A DNA stretch of 60,836 nucleotides from Ilumatobacteraceae bacterium (GTDB lineage Bacteria > Actinomycetota > Acidimicrobiia > Acidimicrobiales > Ilumatobacteraceae), in assembly GCA_049454015.1 (NCBI GenBank), contig JBMTYA010000001.1, positions 1 through 60,836 of the forward strand, written 5' to 3'. The position numbers and the translations under genes are program-made. Below the pieces are notes generated by a model. It ran no database searches and was not told the DNA's origin. It worked only from the letters and a program-made list of their open reading frames with translations. Each line of letters opens with the position of its first letter. Position 1 is the stretch's first letter. Below are positions 54,840 to 60,836 of the stretch, piece after piece.

Positions 54840-55214
54840 GTGTCATCTGAGCAGCAGCCGCAATTCGACATACAAAAAATCATCAGCGACCTCCTCACCC
54901 TCTTAAAGGGTGTCGATCCGGTCACTGAAGGTGTGAAGCTCGCCGAACAAGGACGACGCACCGTTGAGGCGCTCATCGTGGCGCTCGAGAACCTTGGCTC
55001 GACGATGGACAACCTCAACCAAGCCGCCTCACGAGTCAACCGTCTTCTCGATGACGTAGAAGATCCGATTCGGCGCATCGCCGGGATGGCAGACCAAGCC
55101 GGTTCGCTTGTCTCGTTTCTTCCATCCCTTGCCGGAAAGGCGATGTCCAACTTCGTGCCAAAACCGGCCGCTTCAGCTGTAACGAGTCCGCCGGAGGCCG
55201 GGACCGCGGGCTAG
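54840..55214 (+). CDS. Hypothetical small helical protein
   Basis: 124-aa ORF 9 nt after gcvP, with GTG start and poor SD spacing. Its composition looks more coding-like than the antisense ORF 54827..55150. I recognise no family. Confidence 0.4.
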   Translation: MSSEQQPQFDIQKIISDLLTLLKGVDPVTEGVKLAEQGRRTVEALIVALENLGSTMDNLNQAASRVNRLLDDVEDPIRRIAGMADQAGSLVSFLPSLAGKAMSNFVPKPAASAVTSPPEAGTAG

Positions 55215-55221
55215 ATACCCG

Positions 55222-56277
55222 TCAGCGGCGTACGAACGGGCGCTCCACTACGCGCGCCAGAAGATCGCTGTCCCTGACGCGAAGAATGACCTCGCTGCCG
55301 ACAGCTGCATACTCGGGCGACACCAGGGCGAGCGCGATGCCGACACCCAAAATCGGCGAAAAGTTCCCGCTCGTTACGACCCCGATGTCCACGCCGTTTC
55401 GCAGTACTCGTGCTCCATCGCGCGGCGGTCGACGGGACTCGGTTTGCAGGCCGCACAGCACCCTTGACACACCCTTCTCCCGCTGTGCCTCGAGGGCTGT
55501 TCTTCCACGGAATTGGGCCTTATTCCATCCGACGACCCAGCCGAGGTCTGCTTCAAGCGTGCTGATGTCTGGCGAGAGTTCGTGTCCGTGTAACGGCAGC
55601 GCAGCTTCGAGTCTCAATGTGTCGCGCGCGCCGAGACCAGCCGGAACCACTCCCGCGTCGATGATTGCTCGCGCCAACGAGGCGGCGATGTCGACAGGAG
55701 CCGCAATCTCGACGCCATCTTCTCCGGTGTATCCCGTACCCGCAACGACACACTCAGCGCCGAGCACTTCGTGCGTCTCAACACGAAATCGCTTGACGGC
55801 TGCGGCAGCCGGTGAGACTCTTGCGAGAAGAGCACGCGCTTTAGGCCCTTGCACTGCCAATACGGCGCGTGTCGACGTCGTGTCGGTTCCACCGATGACA
55901 CTAAGGATGCTCTCGGTATTCGAGGCGTTCGGCATTACATCGAAGCGCTGCTCGCTCACCCACCACACGATGATGTCGTCCACAACTCCGCCCCGGTCGT
56001 TGCAGGAGTGCGTGTACTGTGCGCGACCTGCCCCAATCTTGGTGAGATCGTTCGTGAATGCCGATTGGAGACGGTCAAAAGCCCCAGAACCCTCGAGTCG
56101 CACCGTTCCGAGGTGGGACACATCAAAGAGTGCTGCATGAGTGCGACAAGCGACATGCTCTGCAATCGTGCCGCTTGGATACGACAGCGGCATCTCCCAT
56201 CCGCCAAACGGCACCATCTTGGCACTCAACTCGCGGTGTAGCGAGTCGAGTGGCGAGTGACGGTTGCCCGTCATCAA
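55222..56277 (-). CDS. gcvT: Aminomethyltransferase (glycine cleavage T protein)
   Basis: 351 aa with MVPFGGWEMPLSY, ALFDVSHLG and GYTGEDGVEI. The track start is TTG 56277; the ATG at 56274 is more likely. It directly abuts the stop of the upstream MerR gene. Confidence 0.93.
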   Translation of the reverse strand: MMTGNRHSPLDSLHRELSAKMVPFGGWEMPLSYPSGTIAEHVACRTHAALFDVSHLGTVRLEGSGAFDRLQSAFTNDLTKIGAGRAQYTHSCNDRGGVVDDIIVWWVSEQRFDVMPNASNTESILSVIGGTDTTSTRAVLAVQGPKARALLARVSPAAAAVKRFRVETHEVLGAECVVAGTGYTGEDGVEIAAPVDIAASLARAIIDAGVVPAGLGARDTLRLEAALPLHGHELSPDISTLEADLGWVVGWNKAQFRGRTALEAQREKGVSRVLCGLQTESRRPPRDGARVLRNGVDIGVVTSGNFSPILGVGIALALVSPEYAAVGSEVILRVRDSDLLARVVERPFVRR

Positions 56278-56796
56278 CTACCGCGCGATGCCGTGCGGGG
56301 CTTGCCGAGCGCGCGGGCTCGCGACCGCAGAGTTGCGCTCAAGCCGCTTCATCTCAACGATTCGAGTATCGAGATCCTGCTTCACAGAAGCCAGTGGCAG
56401 CACGTTCAGCACGCCCTGACCGTTGCGAACCGCGTCGACGAGGTGCTCGCCATCGCACAACACCACGCTCTTGCCGCTGATCACGATGTGCGCAGCAGCA
56501 ACATCGGTGGTGACATGACGGCGCAAGTAGTTGAACACCTCGCGAACCGACTCCAGCTTGATTCCTGCATCAAGCAAATTCTTGATCACTTTCAGTTCCA
56601 AGAGATCCCGGTAGACGTACTCGCGTCGAGACCCGCTCCCCGCCGCATCCGTAGCCGACGGACGCACAAGGTCGGTACGTGCCCAGTAGTCCAACTGACG
56701 GTACGAAATCCCGACGATGTCGGCCGCTTGCGTGCCGCTGAAGGTGCGAGCCGAGTTGAACTGATTGGTTCGTGGCGCCGCCATAAGGTCTTTCAC
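56278..56796 (-). CDS. MerR-family transcriptional regulator (Rv1830-position)
   Basis: 172 aa with the HTH FSGTQAADIVGISYRQLDYWARTDLVRPS...REYVYRDLLELKVIKNL. Confidence 0.85.
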   Translation of the reverse strand: MKDLMAAPRTNQFNSARTFSGTQAADIVGISYRQLDYWARTDLVRPSATDAAGSGSRREYVYRDLLELKVIKNLLDAGIKLESVREVFNYLRRHVTTDVAAAHIVISGKSVVLCDGEHLVDAVRNGQGVLNVLPLASVKQDLDTRIVEMKRLERNSAVASPRARQAPHGIAR

Positions 56797-56829
56797 CCTA
56801 GGGCTGACCTGCCCCGAGAGCCAACCGCG

Positions 56830-57345
56830 CTACTTCTCTTGGAAATCCTCAGGGTTGATGCTGTCTATGAAGTCACGGAACTCTTCCAAGACTTCTTCTG
56901 CGTTCTCGTCTTCTCCCTCTTCGACCACTTGACCTACTTGGTCAAGTAACTCCCTGTTCGCCGTGATAGGCACTTCCGAGCGCACAGCGATTGCGACGGC
57001 GTCTGATGGTCGGCACGAAATGGCATGTCTTTGACCGTTGTGCACCACTTGTAGCTCTGCGAAGTACGTGTGGTTTTTCATCTCCGTGATAACGACACGA
57101 TTAAGGTGTGCGCCGAATTCTTCGAGCATTTCCACCATCAGATCGTGAGTCAGTGGTCGGGGCGACTTGTGTCCGTCAAGCACAATCCGAATAGCGCTCG
57201 CCTCTGCGACACCGATATAAATGCTCAGTACTCGCCGTTCACCTTCTTGTTCTCGGAGGTGCATCACAGGAACGTTCGCTGGAGCGTCAACAACGACACC
57301 GACGAGATCGAGCTCGACTGCTTCTGACGACTCGCCGGCGCTCAT
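56830..57345 (-). CDS. Bifunctional nuclease family protein (DUF151)
   Basis: 171 aa with VLSIYIGVAEASAI...PRPLTHDL...YFAELQV...ISCRPSDAVAIAVR, the hallmarks of DUF151/BFN. Acidic C-terminal tail. Confidence 0.85.
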   Translation of the reverse strand: MSAGESSEAVELDLVGVVVDAPANVPVMHLREQEGERRVLSIYIGVAEASAIRIVLDGHKSPRPLTHDLMVEMLEEFGAHLNRVVITEMKNHTYFAELQVVHNGQRHAISCRPSDAVAIAVRSEVPITANRELLDQVGQVVEEGEDENAEEVLEEFRDFIDSINPEDFQEK

Positions 57346-57365
57346 GGCGTCAGCGTAGCAACGCC

Positions 57366-58139
57366 CTACGAATCGGAACGAAGTTCTCGTGTCACACTAC
57401 GTAGAAGTGCAGTACGAAGCTCCTCGCCCAAAGATACGAGATCATCCAACAACTTCATCGCTTCATAACGACTTCCGGCACTGCGTGACGAGAGCATCGT
57501 TCTGACGAGCGGTTCGAATACATCTGCTTCTCTTTCGGCGGCAAGACGCCACGCCATCAATAGTCTTGGCTGTACACCGAGTGTCGCCAATCTTCCGGCC
57601 AGATGAACAATGTCGCGGTCAGTCTCGTCGTAATACGGATCGTTGCCCATCATCTGCGGACGAACGAACTTCATCTTTTCGAGTTGCTCAAGCACAGCAC
57701 CGTCGACTCCAGTTGATTCAAGCAAGTCAGACTTGCTCAGTTTCTGAGACCGTGTCTTTGACGCCGGCCGGGATGTCGGCGCCGGAGCCGCGCGTTCGGC
57801 GCCGATTCGATTCGTAGGGTGACCGGCCGAAGGCATTCGGATACCTCTCGGCATGCTCGGGTCTGTGATGTCGTCGGGTCGTAGGAGTCCGTCGCTCGTC
57901 TCGCCCTCGAGGCGGTCTCGAATCACGCGCAACGGTAAGAAATTATCCTTTTGCTCACGCAGGATGAAGCGCAATCGCTCAACTTCGGGTTTTGTGAACT
58001 TTCGGTAACCGGCATTGGTTCGCTCCGGCGCAATCAAGCCCTGACTCTCCAAGAACCGGATCTTGGAAATCGTGATGTCGGGGAACTCTTCCAAAAGAAG
58101 CGCTAGTACTTCTCCAATCGTGAAGTAGTGCTCGGGCAT
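57366..58139 (-). CDS. MerR-family transcriptional regulator (FtsR/Rv1828-position)
   Basis: 257 aa with the N-terminal HTH FTIGEVLALLLEEFPDITISKIRFLESQGLIAPERTNAGYRKFT. Confidence 0.85.
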   Translation of the reverse strand: MPEHYFTIGEVLALLLEEFPDITISKIRFLESQGLIAPERTNAGYRKFTKPEVERLRFILREQKDNFLPLRVIRDRLEGETSDGLLRPDDITDPSMPRGIRMPSAGHPTNRIGAERAAPAPTSRPASKTRSQKLSKSDLLESTGVDGAVLEQLEKMKFVRPQMMGNDPYYDETDRDIVHLAGRLATLGVQPRLLMAWRLAAEREADVFEPLVRTMLSSRSAGSRYEAMKLLDDLVSLGEELRTALLRSVTRELRSDS

Positions 58140-58144
58140 GTCCG

Positions 58145-58621
58145 TCAGCCGAAGAAGGCGACCAGGCGGAATCGGCCGATCTGCACCTCATCACCGTGCT
58201 GCACGGAAACTTCATCAACTCTGGCGCTGTTTACATATGTGCCGTTCAACGACCCAAGGTCACGCACGACCCAGGCCGAGCCCTGCTTGACCAAGACTGC
58301 GTGTTGCCGCGAGACAGTGAAGTCGTCCAGCTGAATATCGTTATCTGGAATTCGACCAATCGTGACTTGGTCACCCTCAAGGGTGAAGCGCGTTCCGATT
58401 TCTGGCCCCTGCCGAACCACCAACATCACTTCGCCAGGCGCCACTTCGCCGGCGTATACCACCGCGTTGTCGGCGTCTCCGATCGCATCCAACAGCGGGT
58501 CGGTTTTGGGCAACACGTTCGTTCGGAGACTCGGCTTGTCAAGTACTGCGCCACACGATGAACAGAAGGTCGAAGCTGGTGGGTTTCGATGCCCGCATTC
58601 GTTGCAGAACACGTAGAGCAT
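58145..58621 (-). CDS. FHA-domain protein with N-terminal zinc ribbon (GarA/OdhI genomic position)
   Basis: 158 aa with a 4-Cys ribbon (CNECGHRNPPASTFCSSCG) and an FHA core (TIGRIPDNDIQLDDFTVSRQHAVL...DLGSLNGTYVN). Confidence 0.88.
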   Translation of the reverse strand: MLYVFCNECGHRNPPASTFCSSCGAVLDKPSLRTNVLPKTDPLLDAIGDADNAVVYAGEVAPGEVMLVVRQGPEIGTRFTLEGDQVTIGRIPDNDIQLDDFTVSRQHAVLVKQGSAWVVRDLGSLNGTYVNSARVDEVSVQHGDEVQIGRFRLVAFFG

Positions 58622-58636
58622 GTTGTCGATCGCCCC

Positions 58637-59011
58637 TCAGCCGCCGACGAGCGCCTTGTACGCGGCCGCATTCATTAACACGGGCACGTCTCCCTCGATG
58701 GTGATCTCACAGATCCAGCCCGAACCATACGGATCCTTGTTCAGTAGCTCTGGCTGGGAAGAAAGTTGGTCGTTCACCGCCGAGATGCTCCCGCTGACAG
58801 GTGCGTAGATGTCTGAGACGCTTTTTGTGCTTTCCACTTCGGTGAACGACTGTTCTGCCGACACTTTCGCTCCGACTGCAGGCACACCGACGAACACCAC
58901 GTCGCCGAGTGCATCCTGTGCGTAGTCAGTGATACCGATGCGCGCGACTCCGTTCGTGATTCGCACCCATTCATGCTGGGCGGTGTACGAGAGATCTTCT
59001 GGAACCTGCAT
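58637..59011 (-). CDS. gcvH: Glycine cleavage system H protein
   Basis: The start is most likely MQVPEDLSYTAQHEWV (ATG 59011, 16 nt after the pgsA stop); the track ORF extends to 59062. The lipoyl-lysine motif is EVESTKSVSDIYAPVSG. Confidence 0.9.
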   Translation of the reverse strand: MQVPEDLSYTAQHEWVRITNGVARIGITDYAQDALGDVVFVGVPAVGAKVSAEQSFTEVESTKSVSDIYAPVSGSISAVNDQLSSQPELLNKDPYGSGWICEITIEGDVPVLMNAAAYKALVGG

Positions 59012-59027
59012 GCCCTCAACCGTAGCC

Positions 59028-59621
59028 TCAGGCGGAGTTCGCGGAAGCTTCATGACGGGCACGTCTTGCTGTTGTCACGCCGCTCACCACCCGTGGCACG
59101 TACCACAAAGCTGTGGCGTAACACATCACGAGACCGGGAATACCAATTGCCCATCCTGCGTTCCTGCCGCCAAGCGCCCACCCGGCATCGCTCGATCCGA
59201 TGAGCAAAAGCGGAAAGGCGAACATCAGCGCGAATGTGTAGTTCTTCCCCCATTGGTTTACCGCAAACCGTTGCATCCCAAGCGCGGTGCCGCCAAGCAT
59301 CAATACTCCGACGAACAGTTCACGTACCACAACCGAGAGTCCGAACCATGCAGGAACGGCACCATCGATGACGATTGAACCAACACCGACGATGAAGAGT
59401 AAGCGGTCGACAGCGGGATCGAAGACCGCACCGAACTCGCTGCGCTGGTCGAGACGACGCGCCAACCAGCCATCCACCCAGTCCGTTGCTCCGAGCGCTC
59501 CAAGAAGCCAAGCTGCAGCTTCTCTGTCGCCCCGCCCGAAGAGGAGCCACAAGAACACCGGCAGGCACGCCAGTCGTACGAGCGTGACGAGGTTCGGCCA
59601 CGTCGCAAGGTTGCGTGACAT
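59028..59621 (-). CDS. pgsA: CDP-alcohol phosphatidyltransferase (PgsA-like)
   Basis: Motif DWVDGWLARRLDQRSEFGAVFDPAVDRLL (D-x2-DG-x2-AR...G-x3-D-x3-D). The likely start is MSRNLATWPNLVTLVRL (ATG 59621); the track start is 59675. Confidence 0.85.
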   Translation of the reverse strand: MSRNLATWPNLVTLVRLACLPVFLWLLFGRGDREAAAWLLGALGATDWVDGWLARRLDQRSEFGAVFDPAVDRLLFIVGVGSIVIDGAVPAWFGLSVVVRELFVGVLMLGGTALGMQRFAVNQWGKNYTFALMFAFPLLLIGSSDAGWALGGRNAGWAIGIPGLVMCYATALWYVPRVVSGVTTARRARHEASANSA

Positions 59622-59665
59622 CCATGCGAAGGCTAGTTCGCAAGGTGGGGTACTCTTCACGTCTG

Positions 59666-60085
59666 ATGCCAACACTCTTCACCCGGATTATTGATGGTGA
59701 TCTTCCCGGACACTTCGCGTTAAAAGATGCCCACTGCGCTGTCTTCATGACGATTGCGCCAATACGTGAAGGTCATGCTTTGGTCGTACCGCGCCAACCG
59801 GTCGACAAGTGGACCGACCTTTCGCCCGAACTCAACTCCCACCTCTTCGGCGTCGCGCAGCAGGTCGCAGTGGCTCAACGTGCGGTATTTGGTACAGACC
59901 GCGTGGGGCTGATCATCGCAGGGTTCGAAGTTAATCACTGCCATTTGCACTGCATCCCAGCTGACACGATGGCCGACCTCAACTTCGCAAATCAGCAACA
60001 AAACGTTTCGGCTGAACAGCTCGCCGATGCCGCTCGGCGTCTCGCCGCCGGGCTGCGACAAGCAGGTGTCGAAGGCGCTCTCTAA
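59666..60085 (+). CDS. HIT-family nucleotide hydrolase/transferase
   Basis: I trimmed to MPTLFTRIIDGDLPG (ATG 59666). Histidine triad NHCHLHCIP. Confidence 0.88.
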   Translation: MPTLFTRIIDGDLPGHFALKDAHCAVFMTIAPIREGHALVVPRQPVDKWTDLSPELNSHLFGVAQQVAVAQRAVFGTDRVGLIIAGFEVNHCHLHCIPADTMADLNFANQQQNVSAEQLADAARRLAAGLRQAGVEGAL

Positions 60086-60792
60086 AACAGCGTCGTAGTC
60101 GTCGGCTCGACGAGCTCCGGCCCTTTGTTGCGCACATTGTTCACGGCGGTGCTCACCGTGACAGCATGAAGTCGATCGCTGGTAGCCGTTCGCAAGAGGT
60201 GCAGTGGCGGGGAATCAGCCGAAAGCCACTCATCAAGGTCATCGGATTCAAGGATGCAAGGCATGCGGTCATGAATGTTCGCGAGAACCGGATTCGGAGA
60301 GATCGTAATCAGCGAACAACTGTGCACTTCTTCGCCTCCGAGGTGAGGATCTCGCCATGTGGTCCACAAACCGGCCACCGCGAGCGGCGAATCATCCGCA
60401 GAGCGAATGAAGTACGGCTGCTTGGGTTGCTTCGCCCTCGGATCAACGTCAACCGTCTTCCATTCGTAGTAGCCATCTACCGGCACGACACATCGATGTG
60501 CTTTCAGTAATGGTCGAAAGCTCGGTTTTTCTGAAAGGGTTTCACTGCGAGCGTTGATCATGCTGGCGGCGCGACTTCGATCTTTCGACCAAGAAGGAAG
60601 CAGACCCCAGTGCATACGTCGAAGTACTCGTCCACTCAAGTCCGCTTGGTCCTCTGGTGTGAGCGCGAGAATTCGCGTGGTCGGAGCCACGTTGTAGTTC
60701 GGTGTGAACACTTCTCGTTCGTCGTCGAGTCGCGCATCAAACAGCAGTGCGAGCTGCTGGGGTGCGGTGGTGGCCACGAAGCGCCCACACAT
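60082..60792 (-). CDS. SOS-response-associated peptidase (SRAP/YedK family, abasic-site processing)
   Basis: 236 aa with N-terminal MCGRF (catalytic Cys2), plus NVAPT and PVDGYYEW. Confidence 0.88.
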   Translation of the reverse strand: MCGRFVATTAPQQLALLFDARLDDEREVFTPNYNVAPTTRILALTPEDQADLSGRVLRRMHWGLLPSWSKDRSRAASMINARSETLSEKPSFRPLLKAHRCVVPVDGYYEWKTVDVDPRAKQPKQPYFIRSADDSPLAVAGLWTTWRDPHLGGEEVHSCSLITISPNPVLANIHDRMPCILESDDLDEWLSADSPPLHLLRTATSDRLHAVTVSTAVNNVRNKGPELVEPTTTTLF

Positions 60793-60794
60793 CG

Positions 60795-60836
60795 TCGGGC
60801 TGGGGAGATTTGAACTCCCGACCTCTTGTCCCCCAG
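60795..60836 (-). tRNA. tRNA-Pro (anticodon GGG), 3' portion only; the 5' part lies beyond the window end
   Basis: The reverse complement reads CTGGGGGACAAGAGGTCGGGAGTTCAAATCTCCCCAGCCCGA. It shows an anticodon loop CTGGGGG, a T-arm GGGAG-TTCAAAT-CTCCC, the acceptor 3' strand CAGCCCG and discriminator A. CCA is not encoded. Confidence 0.72.

Noticed and set aside
54827-55150. 107-aa minus-strand ORF between gcvP and gcvT
   Set aside because: Its composition is Arg/Ser-rich with no motifs. It is antisense to the more protein-like plus-strand ORF 54840..55214 and overlaps the gcvP stop.
1-60836. Search for CRISPR arrays, IS elements or transposases, integrases, prophage genes, toxin-antitoxin pairs and defence systems
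   Set aside because: I saw no repeat-spacer arrays, no DDE, tyrosine or serine recombinase motifs and no phage-like genes. Both tRNAs are flanked by ordinary genes, and the region beyond tRNA-Pro is outside the window.

Overview
High-GC, very densely packed chromosomal segment. All calls come from reading motifs in the supplied translations and the DNA; no search was run. Gene order matches conserved actinobacterial neighbourhoods: polA-rpsA-coaE-uvrB, phoH-ybeY-corC ... era ... recO/uppS, mtrB-lpqB, and gcvH-FHA-MerR-DUF151-MerR. By inference this is core genome of a streamlined actinobacterium, possibly Acidimicrobiia-like. I support about 62 protein genes, tRNA-Leu(CAA), the 3' part of a tRNA-Pro(GGG) at the window end, and a tandem glycine riboswitch upstream of gcvP. 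Functional blocks are:
- nucleotide excision repair (uvrB-uvrA-uvrC, contiguous)
- a FAS-II cluster (fabD-fabH-fabG-acpP-fabF, with fabZ convergent)
- trpCFBA
- glyQS, recO and two cis-prenyltransferase paralogues
- a dinG-like helicase and mtrA / mtrB-lpqB-like genes
- era
- a menaquinone cluster (menG, menF, menD, dsbA-like, menH, menA, menE)
- phoH-ybeY-corC
- a GGDEF-EAL membrane protein and a small aromatic-catabolism trio
- the glycine cleavage system (gcvP, gcvT, gcvH) wrapped around an FHA/MerR/nuclease module

I saw no rRNA, CRISPR array, transposase, integrase or phage genes. The most unusual observations are:
1. A head-to-head pair of cis-prenyltransferase paralogues with complementary motif loss, a candidate bacterial heteromeric UPP synthase.
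2. FabD fused to a lysine-free biotinyl/lipoyl-like domain.
3. Glycine-cleavage genes fused into one gap-free operon with the FHA-MerR-DUF151-MerR module, where the FHA protein carries a zinc ribbon.
4. A uvrBAC operon.
5. A two-repeat, eight-cysteine lipoprotein.
6. A cytoplasmic DsbA/FrnE-like protein embedded in the men cluster.

Pervasive tiny divergent spacers and overlapping convergent gene ends suggest leaderless transcription and few intrinsic terminators. Many long ORFs in the track are antisense or out-of-frame artefacts of high GC and were rejected.
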